Shown: positions 11,830 through 26,614 of the stretch, piece after piece
Layout: every line of letters starts with the position of its first letter
Position numbering within the stretch: position 1 is the stretch's first letter
NCBI GenBank assembly: GCA_964016885.1
Contig: OZ024743.1
Coordinates: 96,224,001-96,288,000, forward strand
Source of the DNA: Eledone cirrhosa
Lineage: Eukaryota
Reading direction: 5' to 3'
DNA length: 64,000 nt
The notes under the pieces: generated by a model
What the model was told of the DNA's origin: nothing
Databases searched by the model: none
What the model saw: only the letters and a program-made list of their open reading frames with translations
Position numbers and translations under genes: made by a program

Positions 11830-14800
11830 TTGAAAGTTTCCTGCTGGAATGTCAGGACTATGCTTGACAAGGCTGACAGCAGCCGCCCGGGACGTCGTTC
11901 GGCTCTCATATCCCATGAACTCTCCCGCCTCAACAACGACATAGCAGCGCTCAGCAAGGTCCGCTTCGCTGACGAGGGCAGCCTCAAAGAACGCGGCGCT
12001 GGCTACACCCTTTTCTGGTCCAGGAAACCATCATCTGGAAGACGCCTGTCGGGTGTAGGACTCATGGTGAGGAATTCCATCGCCTCCAATCTGGAAACGT
12101 TACCCACGGGCCACTCGGACCGCATCATACCATGCGCCTACCACTGGAGAGCAAACAACATTTCACGCTCTTCAGTGTCTATGCTCCAACGCTACTGGCA
12201 GATCCTGCGGACAAAGACAGTTTCTATTTTGATCTGCGCAGACTCTTGAACAACACCCCTGCAGACGACAAGGTCCTGATCCTTGGCGACTTCAACGCAA
12301 GAGTTGGGAGGAACTCTGAGGCCTGGAAAGGAGTCCTTGGAAGACACGGCGTTGGTGGCTGTAACGACAACGGGCACCTCCTGCTCGAGTTCTGCACAGA
12401 GCACCAACTTGCCATTACCAACACAATCTGCCAACAGAAAGACGCCTGAAAACAACTTGGATGCCTACTCGGTCCAAACATTGGCATCTACTTGACTATG
12501 CGCTTGTGCGCCAACGGGACCTGAAAGATGTTCTACACACGAGAGTGATGCCCAGTGCAGAGTGCCACACTGACCATCGCCTCGTCCGCTGCAAGCTCAA
12601 ACTGCAGTTCAAACCCAAACCCAAGAAGAAAGGTAACCGCGTAAAGAAACTCAACGTCGGCAGCCTGTGCCGGGAGGAAGTGAAAGCCAAGTTCCAAGCA
12701 GACCTGCAGCAAAAACTAGACGAATACCCTTGCACTGATGACCCCACCCCAGTCACCTTGTGGGAGAACCTGAAATCAGCCATCCTTAAGACATCTGAGG
12801 AAGTTCTTGGGCATACAAAAAAGAAAAACAAGGACTGCTTTGATGAAAATGACAAGGAGATCCAGGACTTACTAGCAAAGAAGGGGGCAGCTCATCAGGC
12901 CCACCTTGCACAACCAACCTGTTCTGTAAAGAAAGATACCTTTCGCCGCGCATGCAGCACCCTACAGCGCAAACTCAGAGAAATACAGAACGAGTGGTGG
13001 GACCACCTGGCGTGGAGAACCCAGCTGTTCGCTGACCTCGGAGACTATAGGAGCTTCTATGAGGCTCTGAAAGCAGCGTATGGCCCCACCCACCAGGTCC
13101 AGAGTCCCCTGCGCAGTTCAGATGGAGAAGACCTCCTAACCAATAACACCTCCACCCCCGCTCGCTGGTCTGAGCACTTCCAAAGCCTCTTCAGTGCTGA
13201 CCGCACCGTACAGGACGCTGCCATCCATCGCGTTCCTCAACTTCCAGTCAAAGAGGAGCTCGACGAACCACCTACCCTCGAAGAGACGACTGAAGCCATA
13301 GAACAACTCAAGAGTCGCAAAGCAGCAGGACTTGACAGCATCGCACCAGAAATCTGGAAGAATGGAGGTCCGACGCTGTTGGGAGCAGGGTAAGCTGCCA
13401 CACACAGGATCTTCGCGACGCCGTCATCATAACCCTGTACAAGAACAAGGGTGAAAAGTCTGACTGCTCCAGCTACCGGGGAATCACTCTACTCTCCATC
13501 GCTGGCAAAGTACTTGCCAGGATCCTGCTCAACAGGCTCGTACCAACCATTGCTGAAGAAAACCTCCCCGAGAGCCAGTGTGGCTTCAGAGCCAACAGAG
13601 GCACGACGGACATGGTGTTCGCCCTCCGCCAACTCCAGGAGAAGTGCCGAGAACAAAACAAGGGACTCTATGCTGCTTTTGTCGACCTCACAAAAGCATT
13701 TGACACAGTGAGCAGGACAGGACTATGGCTCAACCTGGAACGACTTGGCTGTCACACCAAGTTTCTACAGATGGTGACCCAGCTGCACGAGAACCAGCGC
13801 GGCCAGATCAGACTCGACGGTGACCTGTCGGAGCCCTTCCCCATCTCCAACGGCGTGAAGCGGGGTTGTGTCCTGGCACAGACTCTCTTCAGCATCTTCT
13901 TCAGCATGATGCTCAAGCATGCAACTGAGGATCTGGATGATGGGGATGGGGTGTATGTCAGGTACCGTATGGATGGCAGCCTCTTCAATCTATGGCGCCT
14001 CCAAGCCCATACCAAGACTCAGGAGAGGCTGATCTGAGACCTTCTCTTCGCGGACGACGCTGCCCTCGTCGCCCACACAGAGAGAGCTTTGCAGCGCATC
14101 ACGTCCTGCCTCAAGAAGACGGAGGTTCTTCACCAGCCTGCCCCCCACCCCCACCCAAGAATACCGCCCACCCTACATCACTATCAGCGATACCGAAGTG
14201 AAATCAACACAGAAGCTCACATACCTGGGCTGCATCATCTCATCCGATGCAAGGATCAACAAAGAAATTGACAACAGACTCTCTAAGGAAAATAGCTCCT
14301 TTGGCAGATTGTACAAACGTGTTTGGCACAACAAAAACCTGAAGAACACGACAAGGATCAGCGTCTACAGGGCCGTGGTTCTCACCACTCTCCTCTACGG
14401 TTCGGAGACCTGGGCCACCTACCGCAGTCACATCTGTCTCCTCGAACGCTTCCACCAGCGATGTCTCCGCACCATCCTCAACATTCGCTTGAGTGACTTC
14501 GTCACAAACGTTGAAGTTCTGGAGCAGGCCGAGATCCCCAGCATTGAAGCCATGCTACTGAAGTACCACCTCCGATGGGCAGGGCATGTCTCCAGAATGG
14601 AGAACCATCGCCTTCCTAAGATTTCCCTGTTTGGCGAACTCTCCACCGGCCACCGAGAGGGAGGAGCCCCGAAGAAACGCTACAAAGACTGTCTCAAAAA
14701 GTCTCTCAGCGCATGTCATGTTGACCACCAATGCTGGTCAGACCTGGCTGCGGACCGTGATGCCTGGCGCCACACGATCTTCAACGCGGTCAGCGAGTTT

Positions 14801-14958
14801 GAGGAAGACAGAAGAGACGCAGAAGGAAGGCTCGAGCCGCCTCTGACACCACACCGGAGGTTACCTTCATCTGTGGACACTGCTCACGGACCTGCCTTTC
14901 CCGCATCGGACTTGTCAGTCATGAGCGTGCCTGCAGACGACGTGGACAACCTTCCTAA
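11830..14958 (+). pseudogene. RTE APE-reverse transcriptase ORF split by several frameshifts and stops
   Basis: Consecutive ORF fragments starting at 11830, 12132, 12461, 13612 and 14198 lie in different frames. Confidence 0.93.
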
Positions 14959-14981
14959 TCTTGGTTCGCGAAGCCAAGCCA

Positions 14982-15091
<110 letters not shown>

Positions 15092-15269
15092 GATAAGAAA
15101 CAAAATGCATATATATATATATATATAAATGGAGGAGGTTATAGTTCACTTGAAGCATTGTGTAATGAGGTATAAACGTTTGAATATGTATAATAAAGCC
15201 AAAACAATGCAGGTATGGACATAGAAAAAAGAAGAATGCAATTGCAAAAGATATTGTTGACAATTCGTC

Positions 15270-16378
15270 TTTTACCTTAGATTTATTTTAAACGTCCTTA
15301 ATTTTCGAGATAATATCTCTTCTTCAGAGGGAAATAAAGGTCTCAAACCAGCGTTCTAAATATCTTGCCAAGCCATGCTGACAGGAAATAGTATAGAGTA
15401 TCTGTTCTATCTCTAATGTCAAAGAGTTAAAATTAGGTGGATAAAGAGTAGTCTCCCTTTAAAAGGAGTTTGTTTAGGGTTTTTTTTATTTATTTTTTTT
15501 TTTTTATATACATGCCTGTTTAAGTGTGTGGGAGAATGCATGAAGGTGTAAGTATGTGAGTGTGTGTGTGTGAGTGTGAGAAGATAAGTCTATTCGTAAA
15601 TGTGGGGGATAGGTGTTATCTGGTGTTAGAACTGGTTTAGATTGAAAGGGGGGTTGAAAAATGTATTATTTCTTCTTCTATTTTCGTTTTTTATGTCTGG
15701 TGAGATGCTTCCGTTTATGGTATTTTGGTGTCCTCCCTGGTGTGGGTTACGTTTGTTGCCACCCTTCGTACTAGTGTGTGTGGTTATTATTCTTATTACT
15801 ATTTTTCCTCATGGACATATTGTGCGAAATAATGTTGTAACTATGTGTTTTTATAGGTAGGAACTCGATCTAATTATTATGGCCTGATCTAGCTAATGCT
15901 TGATTATAGTATTGTGAGTTTTTGCTAAATATGGTTTCGTCATAAGATAGATTAGAGATTCTATTGGATATTCCTTTAGAGATAGAACTTAATATTGATC
16001 TAGGGTGGTTAGACTTGGTATCTACGTAAATCAGTTTTTCGTTAGGTTTATGGAATGGTGTATATATCTTAGAGTCTAGGTAAAGGGTGGCATCTAGGAA
16101 GTTAACGTTTTTAGTGTGTTTGTCTATGGTGATACTTAGGTTATAGTTTTTGAAAGTCTTGTGCAATAGTTTTCTAGTTCTTTCTATATTAAATTTTTAT
16201 AGTCTATAAGGAGAAGTGCATCATCGCGGTACAAACCACCGTTGAGGTATGGAAGGTCCTTATGGATTTCGTTTAGTAAGTATAGGCCCACCAAATCCGT
16301 GACCTGCGCCGAGTCACCATGGTTATGTCGAAGTTGCTATGCGTATCCTTGCGGGTCCATAACTGGTCTTCAAAATAT
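15270..16378 (-). mobile_element. Penelope-like element fragment (RT C-terminal half/thumb, no GIY-YIG seen), related to the 18214 element
   Basis: Minus strand encodes FDITM..DSAQVTDLVGL, GGLYRDDALL, VNFLDATL, SNHP and FFNPPFN. Confidence 0.85.
15296..15330 (-). ncRNA. Minimal hammerhead ribozyme at the 3' end of the Penelope fragment
   Basis: CCT-CTGAAGA-A-GAGATA-T-TATCTC-GAAA-AT-TA-AGG: stem II GAGAT/ATCTC, palindromic AATT stem III, UUA site. Confidence 0.72.
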
Positions 16379-16512
16379 ACACACGCCCATGTGTGTGTAT
16401 GGGCGTGTGTATATTTGTGCGTGCATATGTATTTTTTATATAATGGTTTTGTGTGTATATATATAATAGCCTCAGAAACGGCTTGAGCTCTGCCGTGGGG
16501 TCAGACTTTTTC

Positions 16513-16513
16513 C

Positions 16514-16565
<52 letters not shown>

Positions 16566-18000
16566 TAATTGTATGTGTGTGTGTATTTCTGTGGTTGTGT
16601 TTTTGTGTGTGTGTATGTATATATATATGTATATATATGTGTATATGTATATATGTATAAGGGTGTATTACATATAGTGATTTAATGATTATTTTCATTG
16701 ATCTTTTGCTCCAGGAACTTGTTGAGTGCTCTAAATCTGCTATAAGCATTTATACCTTTTCTAAATATATATTTTTTTATTTATTATTTGTCGTTTTCCC
16801 AACTTTTTATTTTCATTTTTATTTTTATTTTTATTTTTATTTTTATTTTTATTTTTATTTTTATTTTTATTTTTATTTTTATTTTTATTTTTATTTTTAT
16901 TTTTATTTTTATTTTTATATATACAATATTTTTTTGTATATACAATATTTATTTTTTATATATATATATAATATTTATGTTCTTTCTCATATATATATAT
17001 ATATATATATTTAGTTATATATGTATATGTGTGTGTGTGTGTGTGTATGTATGTATGCATACGTATGTGTATGTATATATGTGTGTGTAGGTATATGTGT
17101 ATGTGAGTATGTATGTATGTGTATATATGTGTATGTATATATATATACATATATATATATATGTATATATATATTTTAGAGTTAAATATGGTTCATATAA
17201 ATTATCTAAGAATGAGTTTTACACACATATATATGTGTGTGTTTGTACTTGTATGTATGTGTTTGTGATATGTATGTATATGTATGTGTATATTTGTATG
17301 GTTATGTATGTATGTGTCTGTATATATATATATATATATATATATGTACGTGTGTGTATATATGTATATGTGTGTGTATGTAATTGTGTATGCGTATGTA
17401 TGTGCTTATGTATTTGTATATGTATATTTATGTGTGAGAGTGTGTGTATGTATTTATTTTTACGTATGTATGTGTACGTGCATTTGTGTGTATTGCTCAC
17501 CACGTGTGTTTGTTCATTTATGTGTTGCCTGTATCGCTGTCAACATTATAATAGTCTTTATATTCATTTTTATTTTTTATTATTATATATTTTTTCTTAT
17601 ATTTATTTGTGTGTGTGAGTATGTAGAAGTGTGTGTATATATTTCTATGTTTGTGCATGCGTATGTATGCGTGTATATATGTGTGTATGTATGTGTATGC
17701 ATGTACGTGTGCATATTCGTATGATTGTGTGTATGTATGTGTGTATGTATATGTGTATGTATATGTGTGTATATATATATATATATGTGTGTGGTTGTAT
17801 ATATGTATGTGTATGTATGGATATGTTGATATTTATGTGTGTATGTATGTATGTTTATATGTATGTGTATGTATATATATATATACACATATATATGTGT
17901 CTGTGTGTGTGTATGTATATATATACATATATGTGTATGTATATAATTGTGTGTATGTGTGTGTGTTTGCATGTGTGTTTTTATTTTATTTTTCCTTTCA
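16513..18000. repeat. Compound (TA)n/(TG)n/(TTTTTA)n low-complexity tract
   Basis: Visible directly in the sequence. Confidence 0.95.
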
Positions 18001-18166
18001 TTCTTCCTTTTCCAGCCTCACTTTCATATAGATTGCATTTTTGTTTTTAAAATCCAACGTCAATAAATACACTACGATGTTTTCATTCTGATTATTGAAA
18101 GCAAAATTTGTTTGCTTTTAAGAAACCACTGGTAAATGAAATAATTGCCTTATGTTGTTTATTACA

Positions 18167-18213
<47 letters not shown>

Positions 18214-18220
<7 letters not shown>

Positions 18221-20675
18221 GGTTAACGAAGTAATATACGCATATATTTACACACACACATACACATACACACACACACACTAACGGTATCATAGTAAAA
18301 GCAGACAAAACATCAAACGTATACTCTATGGACATTAACACATACAATAGCTTTATCCAGCGTGAACTACATAAAAAATATAAAAAAACAAATGAATCTA
18401 CACTCACCAGCATTAACGTGGAGGGCCTCAAGATAGTTAATAAATTCGGAATTCCAGATAGGACCGAACCACTAACCCCGTGCAACCCAACATTTAACCT
18501 GAAGGATCACAAAAATAACTTTGAAACTAATCCCACCATTAGATTAATATGCCCATCCAAGTCAGAGATAGGTAAAATTAGCAAGAACATTCTAGATAAG
18601 GTAATCGCACAAATAAAGGGTAAACTAGAAATCAATTTATGGGGCAACACTAACGAGGCAATTAAATGGTTCAATAAAATACAAAATAGGGAGACGTGTA
18701 ACTTCCTACAATTTGATATAGACGACTACTATGCATCCATATCCCCAGCTACCCTAGATAAGGCGCTTATATTTGCCCAAAATAACTCTGATCTTACCCA
18801 TGATGAAATTGAAATAATAATAGCGGCTAGAAGGACTATCATAAAATTTGAAAATAGCTACTGGGTAAGAAAGGATAGAATAAATAGCTTCGATATAACA
18901 ATGGGATCAAATGATTCTGCGCAAATCACAGATATTGTGGGGCTATTCATAGCACACAACCTACATAAGGAATTCAGTAACCTCCAAGGAGGAATTTATA
19001 GGGACGACACGTTACTTATAGCTAGGAACCTAAACAACCAGAGCATGGAAAGACTAAGAAAAAAATAATAGAATATTCTTCAAAAAACTAGGCCTAAGTA
19101 TTACCTACGAACTAAACCATAAGAAGGTAAATTTTCTAGATGTAACTCTAAATCTAAATACTGGATTAATAGAACCTTTCCACAAAAATAATGAAAATCT
19201 TGCCTACATTAGTTACAACTCAAATCACCCCAAATCCATAATTAGATCCATAGCACGTAGTATATCCCTCCGAATATCCCGCTTATCCTCAAACCTAGAA
19301 ATCTTTAACGAGCATGCTGACTATTATAATGCAGCATTACGTAGGGCCGGTCATAAAGATAAACTGCAGTATATAGTGAATAAGGACAACATAAACAATC
19401 CTAGTAATTACTACTCCAACCGCTCACATAATAATAGAAATAACTTGACTAGACATAGGGTTAGACACGTAACACCTGGAGTAAACGGCCAAAACACTAA
19501 TAACGTAAACCCAAGAAACAATAGAAGAAACAGACAAAGAAAATACCTATGGTTCAACCCAATATTCAACTCCTCTATAAAAACTAGACTGCCCTCTACA
19601 TTCTTTAAACTAATAGATAAACACTTCCCTATCTCGCATAGATATCACAAAATACTCAATAGATCTACTATTAAACTCTCATACTCAACAGCAGCTAACA
19701 TAGAATCACACATACGCAAGATCAACCACAGAAATATCTCTAGTAAATCAACTGCACCTATACATAACGTAGCACCAAATTATAAGCACAAACACATCAC
19801 AACATCACAACCACAAGCGCATACAAACGCGCAGCAGCAAAACCCCATTGGGCATTTATCACAACCCACTTATAACAGAGTACTAAACAGGAATGTAAAA
19901 GCTGCACAAAATAGCGCCTCAAACTGTAACTGTCACCTACCAGATAGGTGCCCATTGGCGAACAGATGTCGCCATTCGAGCCTAGTGTACATGTGCACGG
20001 TCATCTCGGGTAACTCCACCTGGAATTACATAGGATCCACCGCGGGTTCTTTCAAAAAAAGACACTCAATGTCTGTGCACAGACACTCAATGAAAAAACC
20101 GTGCACTTATGGGTTCCACAACCCTCGCCAAAAAAATATGGGAACTGAAGGACAGCAACACTAACTACAGTATCAACTGGTCGAAGTTGTCGGCTGCTAA
20201 AACCTATAGTACAGGGATGTCCCACTGCGGGCTATGTGATCTTGAGCTATTGTATATCCTCAAAAATGTAAAAAGGCTACTTAACAATAAGTTAGAAAGA
20301 TCTATCTTCTGCAAACATAGAATTGCTACTAAATTCATAAGATTCAAACCTCCGTGAATCGAACCAACACAATATAGCTTTAAATTAGGATACCTACTAC
20401 CCACAGAAATATATTCATTAAGTATACTATATCCTTCACAAGTCTATACCACACAAATGTCTGTAAGTACCTCATCAACCCACAAACTTATTCCTTCTCA
20501 GCTGCTGCCATCATTTGATCCTAAATCCTAGTTTTTCTCAAATCACTACTACAATGTAACTTTACCTTCCTTTAGCCATAATTACAATTAGCACGCTTAT
20601 CTCTTTGCATGTATGTATATTTTTGTACGAGTGTATATTGATGTGTATGTATGTGTCTATGTACACATGCATGTG

Positions 20676-20732
<57 letters not shown>

Positions 20733-21440
20733 ATATGCGTATATTACTTCGTTAACCTCTGTATTAACTCAACAACTATTTAGCTTTGACAGTGTTGTCC
20801 CACTCATGTATGCCATTGAAGATGAAAAGAAAGACTGTAAACACTGGCTTATCTTTATAATTTAAAATTGATACACACTTCGATACTCTGTACATGCCAA
20901 ACTTTTACTTTTGCCTCATGACAGCTAGTTTTACACGCTGTAATGTTAGATACATCATGACCCCCACCTAAGTAATGTCAGGGTCTCCTCAAATAATTTA
21001 TAAATAGCATTGTTGTAATTGTTGTTATTGTTCTAATTGAATGCCATTACTACTTCATATAGTAGCCTGTATATTCTTTTCTTGCCTGTGTATTCTCTTC
21101 ATTCTCGCTTGCTCCGATGATCTGACTGGTTATAATTTTGTATTGAAGATCGAGTAACGTGAAAATAAGCGAATAGCGATCTCTAGACCTACCAGTTTAG
21201 AGAAACAATTGTCAGCTATGAGATTAAAAACCTTTTTTGTATAGCAAACCATGTCAACCTTCTTTCCTGATTTATTATTACTCCAAGTGTTTACAACATA
21301 GGAATTACAGCATACCCGCAGCATCACTATGAAAACGCCTTGTTGAGTCAAACCAAGCCAAGCGTTAATATCATCCATTACCTGGAATACCATAACTGGA
21401 CTATACCTAAGTGGACTGCATTTAACTATTATTTGTTACC
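18214..21440 (+). mobile_element. Penelope-like element (RT + GIY-YIG endonuclease), 5'-truncated and frameshifted, with an inverted terminal segment
   Basis: FDIDDYYASI, FDITMGSNDSAQ, IYRDD, SNHP, WFNPIFN, CNC..CPL, LVYMC..YIGST (GIY-YIG) and CGLC. 18214-18260 is the reverse complement of 20718-20764. The 3' boundary is approximate. Confidence 0.9.
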
Positions 21441-21442
21441 CC

Positions 21443-21532
<90 letters not shown>

Positions 21533-21640
21533 ATAAAGTATATATCCCTACACGAAAAAAGCATCCAGGGACACATGTATTGTCCAACCATATGCCAATG
21601 TGGTTCAATGGCAGGCTAATAAATTAACGAGCCAGAACAT

Positions 21641-21906
21641 ATATAATCAAGGTTTAGCAAATAAGAAAAAGTTTCAAAATAAATTTCAAAAAGTTCACTG
21701 TACTCACTATGGTTACCTTTACCGAATCGGTTTCGAGTCTCAAAAATAAATGGACAGTCCTTGCGGCCTTCCATTGAAAAGATAAACTCTCGTCAGAAGG
21801 TTCTTTTCATTCGGAGAATATAAAATTCCGTAAAGGTAACCATAGTGAGTACAGTGAATTTTTTGAAATTTATTTTGAAACTTTTTCTTATTTGCTAAAC
21901 CTTGAT

Positions 21907-21911
<5 letters not shown>
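21641..21911. mobile_element. ~270-bp fold-back mini-element with ~82-bp inverted arms and a central hammerhead
   Basis: 21641-21722 is the reverse complement of 21830-21911, and the element runs into (TA)n. Confidence 0.88.
21716..21800 (-). ncRNA. Canonical hammerhead ribozyme
   Basis: CCTT-CTGACGA-GAGT...ACTC-GAAA-CCGA-T-TCGG-TA-AAGG. All three stems and the GUA site are intact. Confidence 0.85.
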
Positions 21912-21939
<28 letters not shown>

Positions 21940-21985
21940 TCTAAAAGTAAGCATACAGTGTATTGCAAAATACACTAGATATACA

Positions 21986-22035
<50 letters not shown>

Positions 22036-22054
22036 TACACATATATATATATAT

Positions 22055-22101
<47 letters not shown>

Positions 22102-22104
22102 TAT

Positions 22105-22158
22105 ATGTAAGTATGTATGTATACGTACATACATATATGTATACAGACGTACAGTAGC

Positions 22159-22237
<79 letters not shown>

Positions 22238-22662
22238 CAGGCACACATATATAAATGTACGTATCAGTTTAGCGAACATTTATTATAATGTTCGCTTTGT
22301 TCGTTTGTAAACAAACGGACAGCCTGATTTATGCCGTACAGTGTTAAGGCAACCACGTCACCTTTTTGTTCAACACTGACACAGGAACATTGTACTAGTT
22401 TCAAGCTTGTTAGCTATCGTCAGCACCGTATACCCTTCTGCCAGATGGTTTAACGTTCGAAAGTATATACTTTCCTTATGAAAATTAACGGCTGAGCAGC
22501 CCAATTTGCATATCGAGTGAGTTCAGTCGGCCAGGCGCACCGAAAACGATAAATGGGATATAATGAAACGAAATTTCATTTCTCACTCTTAGTACGGCAC
22601 TTACTTAAATGTAAGTATGTATGTATACGTACATACATATATGTATACAGACGTACAGTAGC

Positions 22663-22709
<47 letters not shown>

Positions 22710-22990
22710 CAGGCACACATATATATATGTACGTATCAGTTTAGCGGACATTTATTATAATGTTCGCTTTGTTCGTTTGTAAACAAACGGACAGCCTGAT
22801 TTATGCCGTACGGTGTTAAGGCTTGAAACTAGTACATCGTTCCTGTGTCAGTGTTGAACAAAAAGGTGACGTGGTTGCCTTAACACCGTACGGCATAAAC
22901 CAGGCTGTCCGTTTGTTTACAAACGAACAAAGCGAACATTATAATAAATGTTCGCTAAACTGATACGTACATATATATATATATGTGTGC
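22105..22990. mobile_element. Tandem plus inverted rearranged copies of a ~500-bp HHR-containing element (pLTR-like)
   Basis: 22105-22350 is repeated directly at 22608-22821. 22821-22990 is the reverse complement of ~22235-22407. A further inverted piece lies at 23700-23822. Confidence 0.8.
22389..22428 (-). ncRNA. Minimal hammerhead ribozyme
   Basis: CGGTG-CTGACGA-T-AGCT-AACA-AGCT-T-GAAA-CTAG-TA-CAAT. The sister copy at 22835 has CATCG, which restores stem I. Palindromic stem III ACTAGT. Confidence 0.7.
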
Positions 22991-23010
22991 CTGTATGTAT
23001 ATATATATAT

Positions 23011-23711
<701 letters not shown>

Positions 23712-23819
23712 GCTACTGTACGTCTGTATACATATATGTATGTACGTATACATACATACTTACATTTAAGTAAGTGCCGTACTAAGAGTGAGAAATGAAA
23801 TTTCGTTTCATTATATCCC

Positions 23820-23850
<31 letters not shown>

Positions 23851-23891
23851 ACCGGTACTAGCAGTGAAACTTATTCTAGTCCCCTCAACTT

Positions 23892-23923
<32 letters not shown>

Positions 23924-24142
23924 CAAACCATAAAGGGGCGTAACTCTATGCTGGAAAGCATGGCGTCCGACTCTACCGATACTGCCACGCTATGTGTCAG
24001 ACAGTTATAGCAACAAGTGTGCATCAGATTAATCATAAGGGTACAGTATATATAAAACAAATCATACATGTCAGTAAAACATATCAGTGTAGAGAAGACA
24101 GAACATATAAGTGAGACTTCACATATATTAATGTTTGAATGA

Positions 24143-24330
24143 TGGTGGATTAGCAGTATCGGTAGAGGGTCGGATACCATGCTTTGACGCATAGAGTTAC
24201 GGCCCTTGCCATTCTGAGTTTAAATGCCGCCGAGGTATATTTGTCTTTCATCTTTACGTGGTCGATAAAATGAAGTACTAGTAATGTACTGGGATAATTG
24301 CTGGCCTTGTGCCAAAAGTAGAAACAATTA
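24143..24330 (+). mobile_element. SINE family A
   Basis: Consensus match. A minus-strand 5' fragment also lies at 23930-23986. Confidence 0.88.
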
Positions 24331-25526
24331 ATATGTTTGATTATATATTTCACAGATGTATATCGGTGAAGGCTTTAAACATTAGCATGAACCTCCAAAC
24401 CACAGCTTCATCAACAAAGTCCTTTGAGATGTTTGTTCTATACAAAGTTTGACACTCCCTTATTCCTCTCAGTTTCAATGGACTATTTGTTGGGAATCTG
24501 TAATCATTGACAAATTGTTACATAAAATAAATGTTTTTTCGATTTTAAAGGGACACAACTTTCAAAATTAAATCTTTTAGTCTCATTTATAAGAGTTATT
24601 TACCTTGATGAAAGGCAAGTTTAGCAATTGGAAAAAGAAAGTGTTTGATAATCGTGAGCAACCTGCCTCATTCTGATTGTAAGCAGCCATTTGTGTAACA
24701 AATGTAAGGATACGATTAGACAAATGTTATAACTTTTTAACTGAAATTTCCTAATATAAACTTCCCGTCAAACTCTGTCAATTTGCACTACTTCGTTTCT
24801 TTCTGTTCCTCACTTTTCTGTGGTGTGGGCCACATTTGGTCAACAATATATCTAACTATTTATCCACAGTCACAAAAAGTAACCAATATACAACTATACA
24901 ACATTGTCACTCCATTTGTAAGAAATAGCAGATACATATTTATTCTTTTTCAAATCATATCTTACTGTCTTTAAAAAAAAAAAAAGAGATGAGTAAGACG
25001 GAATTGTCATTTTTAATGCTGCATGCCGTTAAAGAAAAGTATTTCCTAACGTTTTAAACTTTCGTGGAAGATAGGTAACAGCTCTTAATATCCTTCGTTT
25101 ATGGAAGTGTTGATTTTGATAATAGTACTTATAATTTTACTAGTGAGTACACACAGGAGTCTATCTACAAATGAAAGCAAAGTTCTCGAAGCTTATAGTA
25201 AATGTGTTTATGAGTTTAATGTTAAACCTTCAATCTGTCACTTCTCAGTGTTGTCCACTCTGCACTTTCATCAAGTCGATGTCATTATCCTTTCGCTCAG
25301 CGGTTTTCATCTGTAGTTGGAATAGATTATTTACTAGATGTCTATTCTTATGTTTGCACTTCGACTTTTTTCTTGTGGTTCGTTAAACAAAATTGCATTA
25401 GTCCATTGCAGACCTGTCAACTCTCCCCGTCCGACTGGGAAATCTCTCACCCACTTTGGGATGGGTGAGAGATGTCTTCTATTGTGAAAATTGGTATAGC
25501 TTTCATTATTTAAAATCTCCTAAAAG

Positions 25527-25713
25527 GGCGGTGGATTGGCAGTATCGGTAGAGGGTCGGACGCCATGCTTTCCAGCATAGTTACGTCCCTTTACGATCTG
25601 AGTTCAAATCCCGCCGAGGTTGACTTTGCCTTTCATCCTTACGGGGTCGATAAAATAAAGTACCAGTAATGCACTGGGTAATTGCTGGCCATGTGCCTAA
25701 AGTAGAAACAATT
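25527..25713 (+). mobile_element. SINE family A, young copy with TSD attatttaaaatctc
   Basis: Near-consensus copy. The direct repeat is at 25505-25519 and 25711-25725. Confidence 0.92.
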
Positions 25714-26614
25714 ATTTAAAATCTCTTCGTTTCTCCCAATTTTGAGGCACTTTTTTTCATGGTACTTTTGGGTTTTTTTTAGAGGTTGGTAGGTCTGCGA
25801 TAGCTGACTAGAGGGAAAGTATAGTGACTATTATTATATTGCGCCCAGTCTGATATATTTACATAGAGGCACACGCGTGAGACCGAGGCACTGTCAGGGC
25901 CGAATTATATCCTTTTGGGGTCCTAAGCACTTAAAAGATTATGGCGACCCTCCCTCTGCATAAAGTCTGTAAAACATAAATTAATGACAAATACATTTAA
26001 TTTAAATAAAATAGAGCCCCTCTTCTCTTAATACCCTAAGAATATGCTTATATTGCTTAATCCAGCCCTGGGCTTACTGGTTGAGAGCGTTGGAATATTA
26101 TATATATATATATATATATAAGTTCAACTCTAGTCAAATGATGTGTCCATGTGTGTGATTATAGATTACATGCAAACTAAAGATTAAACGGTCATAACAT
26201 TCTTCTTTTTTTCTTTTCTATTTCTTTCTTCTTCTTCTTTTTCTGTTGTTGTCTTTTTCTTCCCTTAGACATTCTAACCGTAGTCCCTGAGATGTGATCT
26301 CTTAATTCAATGAAATGGCGGCTCCAATTGGAGCGTCTTTCTCATCTCCTAGCTACGCAATTCTCATACGAACAAATGAAGGAGCCTCTTGGTGATAACA
26401 GCCAAATCATCCTCAAATCACATACGACCGATACACGGAATACACTAAAACTAAGCTGTCATAGTCAGGGCTAGAATTCCCTTAATCTCCAGTTTCTTCG
26501 ATCGGGACTCAAACAGCAATAATACCACCAAAGACAAAAAATCCTGGCCGTCTCTATGATACGTAAACACACACGAACTTATTCAATTTTTTTTTTAGAA
26601 TGTGGAAAATTCGG

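Noticed and set aside
16453-18050. YI/CV/HT-repeat ORFs here and at 9.7, 21.9, 39.6, 51.7 and 62.1 kb
   Set aside because: Dinucleotide microsatellite translations.
20815-20895. Hammerhead-like TTGAAGA...GATAC..GTA in the Penelope 3' region
   Set aside because: Both cores deviate and stems I and II do not pair convincingly.
24351-24497. Open 48-codon minus-strand segment after an acceptor-like tacag (FPTNSPLKLRG...DIHL*)
   Set aside because: Could be a terminal exon, but I recognise no homology and cannot link it to other exons.
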